Shown piece by piece: positions 1 to 13,239 of a DNA stretch of 64,000 bases (positions are counted from its first letter, which is position 1; every line of letters starts with the position of its first letter). The notes beneath the pieces were generated by a model. That model worked only from the letters and a program-made list of their open reading frames with translations, made no database searches and was not told the origin of the DNA. The translations under genes and the position numbers were made by a program. The stretch spans positions 1,165,173 to 1,229,172 of the forward strand of contig JAQGDQ010000007.1 of NCBI GenBank assembly GCA_030141605.1. The letters run 5' to 3'. This stretch comes from Tubiluchus corallicola. Lineage: Eukaryota; Animalia; Priapulida.

Positions 1-256
1 AATCATTATTGTTCATAATTGCTCAACTCGGTGTGACTTCAAGAAAATGTTTATGCTAGTAATAGTGTGAAGGCTTATGATAGTGTAAAGTTCAGCAGAA
101 ATAACATAAATGATTACAAAGCATTACAAACAGCTGTAAGTGATGAGGGTTTTAATTTGAGAATAGTTTTTTTTGTACAGATACTCTATAACCATTGACT
201 GTATTCCAAATAAACCTTTGTATACTACAAGTATTTGTTAGGTGTTATTTCAGATG

Positions 257-3200
257 TTAACTACGTGGCAAGTTAAACACTGCTAATGGTCCACTGCTTG
301 TAGAACACCTGTCCAGGTATAAAGAGCATGTGTATTTGTTCAAGTCGAAGATAGCTGAAAAAAGACAGTAAAAATCTTTATCAGATCTGTTTTCAAAATT
401 TCGAGTTTCCAGTACTTAAAATATAAAAAATTAGAAACACATTATGTATCAAGTATTTTTGAGAATAGCAACATCGTCGAGTTGGTTCTTTTAATTTAAA
501 TAAGGGTTGAATCAGCAATTCCCAAAATCATCAACTAAGTCTGTATCTTGATCAGGAAAAGGAGGTCAGTTCGGTTTTTCTAGTGTTAAATCTAGCAGTA
601 ATTCCCAGTCTCAGAGAAGATTTCAGCACCGTAGATAACTAGCACTTAACTGACCGCCTTGAACAGAATGGGCATGATACGATACTAATGAATTAGAATT
701 TTTAGCATACATGGCTATATGCAAATAAATTATTGTCATAAATATATCACTTGATAAAGTAAAAGCAGAGAGTCTGGGAAACCAACTTTGGTCATTATTT
801 AACACCTTCATTGACATGGTGAATGGAGAAATCTGGTCATTGAGAATAACACTCTGGTAACCACTTGTAAATAAAGAAGACTGTTTACTACAATGTCACA
901 AATGTACACTAGCACAGCGCACTCTTGCATAATTGAACCCCGAGTTAAACTAGCAGATTAATGAATGCGAAGAGCCATTTCAGGTTACAAACTTACCTGT
1001 AAATAAAGTAATGCTTTTCATTGGATGAACTCTTTCTGAACGGAAAATCGGAAATTTTTCGTCGGAAGAGTCACTTAACAATTCCATAATCTCACTAATT
1101 GTTTTTATTGGAGGCGCTTTCCGAATCACTGCCTCTCTATGCTTTGATGATGCAACAAGACTTGGTACATCACAGCCTGCATTTATTCTGTGGTATCTGG
1201 AAAGTTAACACTGATTGCATTCAGTCTTTAAGTACTATGTACCACCTTTAGTACATCAACATCAATATTTTTCTGTGTTGCTGCACATTATTATCCAATC
1301 GTGATTTTAATCATTTGTAACGAATCAGTTGAATGAATAATATATTTAATGCATACATGTTGACATGGTATCTTGTTGGTACTGTCATGCAGTGATCTTT
1401 TTCTTTCATCACACAGACGTCTAATCTTGAGGCTGTTTCATCATACTGCGGATATGCAACTTCGTAGTTAGATATCATTTTTTCTGAAGGTTGCATTAAA
1501 TTTACGCTACAAGCAAAAAAATCGCATGCTGTCAGACACTATATCACACCATGCCAATTTTAACAAAATTCTACAGCGCTTGCAATACTGTTTTAAGTTT
1601 GGCAGGTTTTCTTATTAAGCTGGCATATTGTAAAGATACCTGATTCAGTTTGGTAACATTAATTTTTCAACATTGTATGTGAGTGAGCAGTAAATGTCAC
1701 AAACTTAAAATAAGGAAAAGATTACATGTATGAAGACTATGACAAGGAACAAGACTGAAGCTATTCAGTATGAAAGTGTTGAGCAGCTCTGAATTGTATT
1801 ATGATTATTAATAAACAAAAACTGGCGAGCAAAGCTCACTTTTACAATGTTGCTCGGTTTGCTTGCATCCTCACTTCTCTTTATCTCTCTCTTTGCAGGC
1901 AGTCTGCAGAAAATTTTAAAATGAGGCTTTTTTGCGTTAAATTTATCTTTAAATTTATTTTAGGCAGAGCGGCATGACACCTTTCTCTTGATTATTGTGT
2001 TACTATAATACAATATTTGAGTTACCATGCCATTGAAAGAATTTTTCCTTTGAAATACAGTAATACTGAAGTGTGCGAAAATTGACCCCCTCCCCCTATG
2101 TCTGTCCCAGTGGCCCTAGTATTATTCATGCAAAATTTCATTGAAGTCAGTCATTTGGCCATACATAAAGAGCAAACAGGCAAACTTGAGTGGCTAAAAT
2201 AGTGTAGGAAGCTAATGGTTTTAATAAAATCCTGTTACCTGATGCCAGACGCTATCCCACAACCTTCATCTCGTAACACATCTTCCACTTCTGCCTTGGA
2301 ACGAGCTGCTAATATTGCCCTGACCATTATCGGCACAGCTAAAAAATAAAACCATACAATTTTTTAACGCATTACAATCTAACAATAATATATTCCATTT
2401 TCCACAAAGGAGATTTTATTATTGTAATTATATATTAAAAAGCATCCTTGCAAAACTTATTCCTAGCTCATTTAATATAAAATTAATGTACTAATATACA
2501 TGTAGAGCTCCCCTAGTAAATAGAAAGAAACTGATGCCGACCTACTGTATAAAAGCTTTGACTTAACTTTTCAGTGCCAGGTTTCAAATGAAACTCCCTT
2601 ATTATAACATGAGAATTCTGTTTGCAACCACATTGCTATTGAAAATTAGGGACTACAACCATCATGAACAATGGCCCTTTAATTGTAAATAACACTGGGA
2701 TCGTATGAGCTTTGAACTGTTTGTTTAGACACGAATCTCACAACCAAGTGCAAATGGGTGTGCAAACCCAGAAAATTATCTTTTTTGTTATATCCTTACG
2801 TAGTTTTCCTCGTCGACATCCATTTGGTATTACATCATTTAGAGTATAGATGACTCCATGTTTGTTGAAGCCAATGCTGTATCCAGGTGTGAAACCAAAA
2901 AATGAAATGGCAGTCCAGTCTTCTTCTAGGACACCATGTTTGCCCATTGGCTCATCACTGATTATATGAGCTGTTATCATCCCATATGAGTGTTCCAGAC
3001 ACAAGAAATAGTCCTCATTATGTCCAAGTGCAAACTAGAAAATGATATACAAACAAAATTAGTTTATAACGATACAACGATATATTAAGGCTACTCTAAT
3101 ATATTAGACACAAATGTGTACTAGCTTTTTCTAAGCATTTATCTTGCAATATTATACAAATGCATAGCATAAATATTTTTGCAATTCCAGGAAATACGAT

Positions 3201-5929
3201 GAATACCAGTGTACATAAAAACTCGTATTGTGGAGAAAAATAGCAGTGGTGTATAATGCTTCTTAACACTGTTTATGAATGTTTTCCGGATTCCTCTTCC
3301 AAACATACATTGATCAGTACAGATGAAAGAGCAACTTAGCAAAGCAACTCTTTATGGTAATATTCATTTTTAAAATAATCACAGACATTAAACCAACCTA
3401 GCTGTTACTGAGCACTTTGCTCCTTACAACAAGCAATAAAATTTTCTCAGAAAATATCCACGGTCGTACGTCTTGTAAAAATTGTCTGTTTAACAGATAA
3501 GAATCTGCTTAACAAGTTTTACAATAATGGTCATTTTTTCAGAAAAATCTGTGTGTGGTGTGTTATGCCACATATGTAACTCTTCATTACATAATGTGTG
3601 CACAAGATCAAATATATCAAAAGCAAAGTACCACTAGAATGATGAAGGAACACCAACACAGAGAGATTGTACATAAAAAATACCTCTTCAGGATTATTCA
3701 AAAAAATATCTGTACAACCGATCGATCCTCTGTCAACTTCACTGCAGGTTTTGCGAAATCTGTCAGAATCCAGTATGCCCATAGCAATCAGTTCTTGTGA
3801 TATGGTATTCATAAACAACTAAAAAATGGAAATCTGGGAAATACCTGACAGCGTTATTAATGAGTGATTTTCTAGTAAATCTGAATGCATGTCCTTCTGA
3901 AATACAAGATATGTTTCGGCAAAAGCTAAGCTTGGCACATTATTACATGCCTAAAATTATCGCTATTACATTTAAAATTCTGTAGCAAACGATTACTAGT
4001 TCCAACATAAAAGTACACAAAGACAAAGCATTATAGTAAAAGTAAAAGTAAAAGTAAAAATACGCAAGCGACTTCTAAGAGTGGTCAAGAGAGCATTTAT
4101 GGTAGTCCCTGCAGCAAGCCAGCAATAAAAAAAATAAATTCTATTGCTATATGCCATTATTAATGATGCCACAGCATCAAGGCTATACATTCAAAACCAT
4201 GCATGTATTTTATGATTTCTTGTTGGAGAGTGCAAATGTGCCATTTATGTATTTCTATGCACGCCATTTTTTACACATGCACATTTGAATAATTACTTTT
4301 TCAAATGAACAACTGCTTCCGTCTGCTATCCCTTGCAATTCTGTCACATACTGAGGAAATGAGTCTTGCGTGGTGACCAAAAATTCTTCATAAATCTGTG
4401 AAGTATAAAGTTATGGAAACTTGAAAATCTGTTCAATGTATCTGGGAGGAATTTACTCATGCATTATGCTTTTAAAAAAATTGAATGACTGCAAATCCTT
4501 TTATTTGCTTACATTAATTAATATTGATGTATACAGCTATAGGGTCCCGACAACCAAGTCCTTCGGTTGCCAGCGACTTTGATTTTGGACATTTGAAGTG
4601 TTAAAACTAAAAATTAATTTGAATTTTACTGCAAAAACTAGACTATAGGTTTATTCTTATGTCACAACTATAATATGTACCCGACAAAATATCAATGACA
4701 ACAATAGTTCAACTAACTTATGTACTAAGGCCTTTTACATTATTAATAATAATGTTAACAAAATGTACTGTAGCCCCATTATCAAATGAATCATAAAAGC
4801 TAAATTGTATATTATGCACAAAAATACAAACCTGTATCTGATTTAGACTTAATTTAGTGACACATCTAATTTCATAAAATTTAAAAATAAAATAAGTGTA
4901 TACCTTTTTTCCCTCATCTGTATTACAGAATGGGATTATGGCATCTTTTATGTCAGTGTTAGTTTCAAAATATTCCTGAATTTGCTGCCTGAAAGTCTTT
5001 CCCTGCAAGAAAAACATGTTTTTACAATTAAAATAATAATTTCACAGAATGAATAAAGAAAAAGCTACCCAGAGTATCAATGATGCAGTAAGTCCACCTT
5101 CCCAGACTCTTGTGCTTGATACCTTGAAAATCTTTGACATTTACACAATATACAAGTCATTCATTTTGGCAAATTTGATTCACAAATTTTCATTTGATAG
5201 GACTTCGCCAGGTCAAACAAGGTCAGATGCTTTTCACTTTCAAATTTTGTCAAGCAATTACTGGCCTAATATTCGGCCACATTATCCGGCCTTTGACTCC
5301 AGAGTCATTGCCCACCATTTCCCAAACGTTGTCGTCGTTCATCTACTGTCTGCACGTGCAGCTAAAACCTACCTTTATAACACTATAGTTGCAATTGCTC
5401 GAATCTTGGATCTGCCCTCTCTCTTCCCTGGGGAGGGCATAAATATTTTTTGTCGATGTTGAGTTGTCAGTAGGTGGCAATTTATTTTAATTCCTTGCAC
5501 TGAGCTGACCTGCAACATCCAATTGCTGTGCAGCTATTGAGATTTCGACCTGTTTATCCCTACTCTTGATATACTCTCGCGGTGACCTTTGACATTGATC
5601 ATTATTTTGCCCCAAAGTGTTTCCACACAAAAAATCTCAAGGCTACCTCCTAGTGATTCAGGCCTGACTGGCTTAAACTCAGATTGTTGACAGACAACGG
5701 CTGACACAAGGTGCCCAGACTTGCAAACTCGGGAAGTTAGGGGACTTAAAAATGAAAAACCAATTCGAAGTTGCTGCATTCAAATATGTACTACACAGCA
5801 TCTTATTAGTGACAAAACACTACACACAGTCTATAACCTTAATATAAAAAGGTAACTTACAATAGCATATCCCACTGAATAATAGTTTCCAGACACATGA
5901 AGTGCAGGCAAAGAACGAGCTTCCTCCAT
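257..5929 (-). CDS. tan: C45-family Ntn-hydrolase (tan / beta-alanyl-dopamine-carcinine hydrolase-like; acyl-CoA:6-APA acyltransferase family), paralog 1, 9 exons, 394 aa
   Basis: Hand-spliced exons (minus strand): 5929-5861, 5002-4904, 4395-4297, 3818-3684, 3034-2800, 2338-2239, 1506-1357, 1196-997, 354-257. All introns GT-AG with compatible phases, 1185 nt open to TAA. Family motifs: LHVSGNYYSVGYAIGKTF, FPQYVTELQGIADGS, G|CTD autocleavage site (Cys124), GHNED, PGYSIGFNKHGVIYTLN, RAILAA, YHVN, LLSDSSDEKFPIFR, TAIFDL. The symbol means tan-like; orthology is untested. Confidence 0.9.
1815..2175. mobile_element. possible decayed Helitron/Helentron-type non-autonomous element in an intron
   Basis: Short palindrome gcgagcaaagctcac at about 1825, and atgcaaaatttcat...cataaagagcaaacaggcaaac at 2128-2187, resemble motifs common in such elements. 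Termini not resolved. Confidence 0.2.
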
Positions 5930-7377
5930 ATTTACTTGACTGTTGTTCTTTTCATACGTTTGAAAATTATTCTTACTTGCTAGCTGCTACTGATGTTTAT
6001 AACAGCAGTTTTCAGAATTACAGTGAGACATTAAGCCACTAAATAAATATTATACACTGAGATATGTTTGTGATATCGCTGCACACATATACCAACAAAT
6101 ATTTGCCATAGCCATGGTACTATATTGATAAAGTAAGCTGTACTTTTGCGCTAAAACATGAATCAAGGCCATTTGCACTTTAGATATAAACATAGACTAG
6201 TAAGATCCAACGTCCAGCTTTAATAATAGTAGTTGTAGCCTTCATGCACTAAAATGTAACAGTTAAGCCAGAATTGAACTCACATTGACCTATTCGTCAC
6301 TGGCGGCACTATGCATGTATATATTTTAAGCTTCATGTAGGGCCCCAATATGTGGATATTACCCGTGCACTATCGTACAAGTTTGAACAGGGAAAGTATA
6401 GAAAGATTTATGATGCAGAAAAAACTTTGGACCTAACAATAATTCTTATAATATCACCAGAATGAGCCAACTTGTTGCTTGCAAGTTAAATTATAATGAA
6501 GAAACAAGTAGATGTCAAAGATAACCGTTGCCCCCCCCCCCATAAGATACAGAGCGGGTACAGGCATATGTACTTGTAAGTCCTCTCTCAAAATGATAAC
6601 TAACGGAGTTAAAATGTTGATTTTAATTTAAAAGGAGCAGCCAGGCAACAATTTCTTGATGACGTACCAACAGGTTCTTTAACATCTTCGTCGTTTGCGA
6701 CAGTAATTGCCTTGGTGGGTAATAATTTTGTGTGCAAAACTTGTGGCCATGTCTACAAGATATAAGCTCTATTATTTTGTTCTTTACAATACCTACAAAT
6801 GCGGAAGTGCATATTAATTATTTCCTTCATTTATAAACTCATTTGTGACTACATTATGGGTAGAATAACGTTGTGTGGATGTTTCCCAACAAGTAGCTAG
6901 GGTAAAAATCAGGAGAACAGTCCATGTCAGCTGCATGTTAGCAAGTAAAATTATTTGTAAACAAAATTCATAAAAATGTAAAACAATTAAAACAAATGCA
7001 AAAGAGTTACACGCCTACATTAGTAAAGGAAAGGGAAAAATGATTCAATATGATTGGGCTGCTTAACTACTGTAATATCTGCTGACCTGACCAAGTCTGC
7101 GAGGATTCATCAACAATGTACTGACAAAAATGACATAGTGCAAATCATTATGGTTTTAATGTATTATCACGTATTTTATAAGCTTACATATTTATAAAAA
7201 TAAATTTGATTCGATCTGACTGATTTAAGTATCTGGGCACGAATTCATGTACTGCTCTCACGACTGTTTCGCTGTCTTAAGTGTGGTTTAAGCCAGCGGA
7301 AATATCTATATCCAATTCATTTAGACGTCTTATCTCCCCCTAGTAAGCGCGACTAGGAAAGTTAGGCGGAATTAGAT

Positions 7378-7416
7378 ATGTAAGTAAGTAAAAGAAAGAA
7401 AGAAAGTAAGTAAGTA

Positions 7417-7450
<34 letters not shown>

Positions 7451-7476
7451 TAAGTAAGCAAGTAAGTAAGTAAGTA

Positions 7477-7539
<63 letters not shown>

Positions 7540-7556
7540 GTAAGTAAGTAAGTAAG
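7378..7556. repeat. (AGTA)n/(AGCA)n/(AGAA)n compound tetranucleotide microsatellite
   Basis: Directly visible; explains the LLTY-repeat ORFs. Confidence 0.97.
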
Positions 7557-7724
7557 ATCTGAATCTAATCTTGAAGAACAATTGGAAAGTTCTTTTCTCA
7601 AGTCAGTTAATTTGTTAATTTTAAATTGTTAAAAATAAGTGTTAGCTGAATTCAAGTTTTAAGCAAATTTTTATGTAAATAAAGTGATACTCTAAAAAGA
7701 TCGTTGAAAAGCCATATTGGCAGT

Positions 7725-8345
<621 letters not shown>

Positions 8346-8571
8346 ATAATATAACTTTTATTTAGTTTTTTTAGTAGCCCAGTTGCACGTACAATTAACT
8401 AATACATTTTCTCTGATCCAATCAAAGTAAATAAATATTAAAAAACTTGAATTTAAGTTTATGTGAAATTTGTTTTGCCGTTTTTGTTATAGAATTAGTA
8501 GCTGATAAAATTTTTATTTATAAGCCTAGTTATTAATTTCATTTTTCTAAATCAGAACCATCCGGTTGTCA

Positions 8572-8692
8572 TAAAAAAGTTTGAAATAAAAAGTTTGAAA
8601 TAAAAGTTTGAAATAAAAGTTTAAATTAAAAAGTTTCAAATAAAAGTTTGAAAAAAAGTTTGAATTAAAAAGTTTGAAATAAAAGTTTGAAG
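8572..8692. repeat. 13-14 bp minisatellite (AAAAGTTTGAAAT)n, about 9 copies
   Basis: Directly visible tandem units. Confidence 0.9.
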
Positions 8693-9519
8693 ATAGAGCT
8701 AATTTGCTGAGGAAAGTGGTGGTGGTGTTGAGATCTTTGTAATACGTAATCCTTTGTACTTACTGTACCTACCCTTATAAATTTATGATAAGCATACCAT
8801 ACGTATTTCAGAAAATATAGGAATACAAATCAAGTAGCAAAATTTAAATTGATACGAAGACTCGGACCTGGGACGTTTGTGTTTGAAGCAGATGTACACC
8901 AAATGCAGTACAGTTATGTACCTCATTTTGCGTGGATTGTTGCTTAACCTTTGACCTACAAACTGTTTGTTCTAGAAAACTGCTTGAAAATTGTTTATTG
9001 TGTAATTATACATTTAGCTAAAACTATGTGTTTAACAAAAAATAGTTTATTTGGAAATTTAGAATACGAATCAATGAAATAATATATAAATCAGAAATGA
9101 AAAAACACAAGACATTTAGAGCAAAAAGTGGATAAACAATGTGTATTAATTAAATGTGAAAAAATTGTGGTAATAATAACTGTGGTAAATGTGAATGCAG
9201 AAATATCAACACAAATTTACACAATCATGAATGAGTACAGTGAAAAAATGCGTAAAAATGATTAGGTAGAGCTAAAAAAAAAGTACAAGGTTGCAAAGAA
9301 TATTAATGCAAAGAACATTCACAACGAAAAGTCCCGCTGCATTTTCTCTGGCAGAATCGATAGCACTTGGTAGATCTTCTATGAAAATGACATGAAACAG
9401 TTACTGTGGAAGGCAGAGCATCTGTACATCGGATCTGCTGCTTTTTTTCTGTAAAAACAACACAGGATGACAGGGATGCATTCAGCAGTGATGCAGAGTA
9501 TACATTTCATTACTGCTAA

Positions 9520-9950
9520 ACACATCCCTCTCATCCTTGTCTCTCTCACACACTCACTCATTCCTGCACCCAATCCCATTCCCTTACTTTCTCTGACACT
9601 TGCTCACTTGCCCTCCTACTCCCTCTCCCCCTTCTCTCTCTCACTCCCTCCCTCGCCCTCCTACACCCCCTACCCCCACTCCATCCCCTTCCCACTCCCA
9701 CACCCACACCCTCTCCCACACCCACGCCCCCTCCCACACCCACGCCCCCCACACCCACTCCATCCCCTTCCCACTACCACTCACCCTCCCCACACCCACA
9801 CCCACGCCCCCTCCCACACCCACGCCCCCTCCCACATCCTCATCCCACTCGCCCTCTAATCACACTCCCACACCCCTTCAGACTCCTCCCCCTCTCTCCC
9901 TCACTTGCTCTCCCTCAAACTCTCTCACTCACAATTACTTCCTCCCTCTT
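9520..9950. repeat. C-rich low-complexity tract with CCCACA / CCCACGCCCCCT repeats
   Basis: cccacacccacgccccct recurs; explains the Pro/His/Thr and Gly/Val ORFs. Confidence 0.85.
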
Positions 9951-9957
9951 GTAGTTT

Positions 9958-10856
9958 GGTACTAGTCAAAACACTAGAAATTCATCAGATCTTTTGATTA
10001 ATTACTATTTATTTCAGCGTGAAAGAGACACAAAAAACTTGCAATTATAATTTGTGTTTAAAATTTAAAATGTTATAAAATAAAACAGTATTCCACAGTT
10101 TAAGAAATTTCGAAGCAGAAGCCAGTTCTTCTTGAATTCAAAATCTGAACCAAGAGCAGGATTCTTTAAGAAATAATGCAGAAATTCCTGCAGAGAGCTT
10201 GCAAATGTTTGCATAAAAAAAGTGCTCTTAATCATTAATTTGGTGAATTTTAAAATGTAAAAACAACTTCTAAGTCCTTGCTTGGAATTTAGTGATAATC
10301 TTACTCAACAAAACAAATTATAGACTCCCCGGCATCTCCATCTGAAACTTCTGTGACAATGATCTACGATACCTGTTCTGTTTGAGTTTTTTTCCTTAAA
10401 GAATGTGAGTTTTTTCCTAAAGAATCCTGCTCTTAGTTCTAATTTTGAATTCAAGAATGAGCCTTTCCACAGCTCCAGCGATTGATGATGATCGTGAGAA
10501 GGTCAAAGGTTAAATATACCACAGCAACGCGTCTTAACTGCAACCGTCACGAGACGTGGGGGTAAAGCAAAGCCGTCTGCTGGATTAGTTAAGTAACTTC
10601 CGTTGTTTTACATGGACTTTACTTAACTATGCATTAGTCTGCGCATAGAGTGATTTACTAGCAAGATTTTGCTTGGGAACAACAAAAATAAATTAGGCAA
10701 GCTTAAAACTATTACTATTTCAACAGCAACGGCTGCGAGGCGTTGTGAAGTACACAAAAATGCTTTGTATGGCAACCTGTGACTTTTCACGATCATCATC
10801 AATCGCTGGAAAAGTGAAAAGGCTTATTGGAATCCCGAGTGTTTCGACTAGTACCT
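9958..10856. mobile_element. nested MITE cluster: outer TIR element containing two inner TIR elements (about 10128-10457 and 10456-10829)
   Basis: Outer TIR ggtactagtcaaaacac / gtgtttcgactagtacc. Inner TIR 1 ttcttgaattcaaaatctgaaccaagagcaggattcttta vs taaagaatcctgctcttagttctaattttgaattcaagaa. Inner TIR 2 tccagcgattgatgatgatcgtga vs tcacgatcatcatcaatcgctgga. Confidence 0.75.
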
Positions 10857-11709
10857 CAAGCTAGTAGCTACAGTGGGTGAAGCAGAGCACATTTGGTCAA
10901 ACTATGTATCATTCATTTTAATAATTTTATTTTTCTTTAATCAGCAATCCTAATCTTGTTTTTTTAGTTAATTCATAATCTTATATTTTTATAGTACATT
11001 TTCCACCTAAAACGTGTAAAGTTCTATTTTTAAAAAAAGTGAGAGTCAGTTGCTAGTCAGTGGTTTTTAATTTACTTCTTTTTCCAAGCTAAGTATTTTG
11101 ACATGTGTGTCCTTAGACTGGGAAATAAGAGATATAAGATCTGGATATAAGAGAGCTCCAGTTTGGTACAAACTCTTTTTGATTCAACATTGTAACGATT
11201 AGCTAGTGAAAAATGTTGAGACGTGGAAAAATAATACACTTGCTGCTTTTATTTATGCTAAAACGAAAGAACTAATCTGTCAATTTTGCAGGAAATGATG
11301 TTGTTGTCTGCACTCCTGTCATGCCCTGGCCGCCGGTGACGTCATATCTGTTTTTTCAGACACCTCTGTGGTGCGAGGAAGGCAAATGAAAAATAAATTT
11401 CGTTTTCCCATGCAGGGCCTCTCTTATATGGCACAGTCTAAACAAGGCATGACAGTAAATCAAGCACTACTGACTAACACCAGTCTGCGACTTTTCTAAA
11501 AAAAAACTTATGCATTTAAAAACTAAAAAAACTTGTGCCTTTAAAAAATGAAATAATTCGCTACACAAAATTACTGATGGCGGAAGCTGTTAATTAATAA
11601 CTGATACATGTATGACCAAATATGCAATCATCCTGTGCCCACTGTCACTTGACAAAACTTTCGTGATCCAATTGCAGCCAATTCTTTTATCAACCATGTA
11701 GATTCGACC

Positions 11710-11790
11710 CCGTCCTTCTGCATGGACGTGTCTTCTGGGCTTGTCCTCTGCGTGCGTCCTCTGGGCGTGTCTTCTGGGTTTGCCCTCTGG
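11710..11790. repeat. degenerate minisatellite of about 14 bp (GTCTTCTGGGCGT-like)
   Basis: About six imperfect tandem units. Confidence 0.6.
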
Positions 11791-12059
11791 ATGTGAACCA
11801 GTGATTCTGTTCAAATGTAAATAGCTTAAATCAATTCCCAAGTTGCCAACATACAAGAAGTAACAAACCAAAATACAATATGCTCTCTATTCGGTTTGAC
11901 AATAGTTTTTATACCTGCACATTTTTTCAAGTTCCCTTATCACAGAGTATGTGTTCGAGGTTTCTTCTCTATCTCAGTGTAGTTAAAACACATGGCCAGG
12001 GTCAGTGTTTTTTATTTATTTATTTAATATATCCACAATGATTATTACAGCATTGTACA

Positions 12060-12660
12060 TAAAAGTATTTAATAATATATTTATTATTATGTGCACAAGA
12101 TGCCAAGCCGCAAATTACTCGTGGGGTACTCAAGAAGTAATTACTTGTTTGGAGTACCCCAAATGAATGTGGACTGAGTGTAATAGAAAAGAGCACTAAA
12201 GGAGTAGAAGGAAAGGTTAATAGAGAATAGAAAGAAGAAGAAAGGTGTGATGGTATCTGTATGAAGTAACATGAACTATAGAAATGTAAAAATTGACATA
12301 GCAACACAATGGATTCCGACAGGGACAGCAGTGTAATTAATCAAATTGATTTATTCTGTATAATTAGAAAAGATTTCACTTTTGAAATTTCTTTTGAAGT
12401 TATTTATAGATAAACAATAAGTCTAGGGTCAGTGTTAGCGATGAAGTGCCTTGCCGCATCAGTCCTGCAATACTTAATACGAAATTCGCTAAATCTTGTT
12501 GAGTAATGTCTTACGTTAATAGCTAATAGGTTTAAAAAGAAAGCAGGGAGAAGTTTATGTTTGGTTATGTAGATGTAAACAGCGGTATTCAGGTTTATTA
12601 GATCATTTAGCACTAGGATAGAATAATTCTTATAAATCAATCTTATAAATTTACGTTGTA
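12060..12660 (-). mobile_element. 3' remnant of a CR1/L2/Crack-type LINE (ORF2 C-terminus plus 3' UTR)
   Basis: ORF 12404-12640 (ILVLNDLINLNTAVYIY..KLLPAFF..HYSTR..RIKYCRT..FIANTDP) matches the typical post-RT tail of these LINEs. It is followed by NFKRNFK-like residues and a minus-strand AATAAA near 12080. Confidence 0.6.
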
Positions 12661-13239
12661 GAGAGTTTAGTTTAACTAGAGTTGAAGGGTAGGTGTTAGG
12701 AAATGCGGGACCTAACTAGAAAACTGTTAGTGGTGCCCTCTACCCTACAAAAGCTGAAGATTGATGATGTTTTATGCGCACCGTGTAGCACGCCAGTCCC
12801 AGCCAAAAAACGTTGAGGGCTTGAGGCTCCACATTAGAAAAAATGATATGTACTAGAAGTTGAAAACCTGTATGAAATATTTAATGTTTTATTACAAGTC
12901 AAGATAATTACTGACATAATTAATAAAGAAACGATCAATAAAAAACATTGAAACGCAGATATACGGGAACAGACTGAAGATTTGCACTGCGTTCACAACA
13001 TCAAGATACTTCAAACACACCAGACGTTCATTAATTCATCACAGAGTCCTCGACCAGAGAGTGTTGAAAGCGGGGCCCCTCTTGGCGCGAGGTCCAATTT
13101 GAAGAAATCTGTCAAATTGGCTTAAAACCGGCCCTGAAGATGACATGTAAGTCTTATTGGTAAACTGCTACAATAGTGCTAAATACTTCGCTTACCAAAA
13201 AACTACTAGGTCTACTGCCATGAAACTGAAGTGAACTGA

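Noticed and set aside
5049-5779. 137-aa and 81-aa ORFs in intron 1 of hydrolase paralog 1
   Set aside because: No recognisable domain or splice structure; probably a decayed insertion.
6650-6765. FVCKTCGHVYK zinc-finger-like peptide
   Set aside because: The frame stops immediately after it; no His pair or exon context.
13133-13170. Hammerhead-like core CTGAAGA-TGAC..GTC
   Set aside because: The required GAAA after stem II and the flanking stems are absent.
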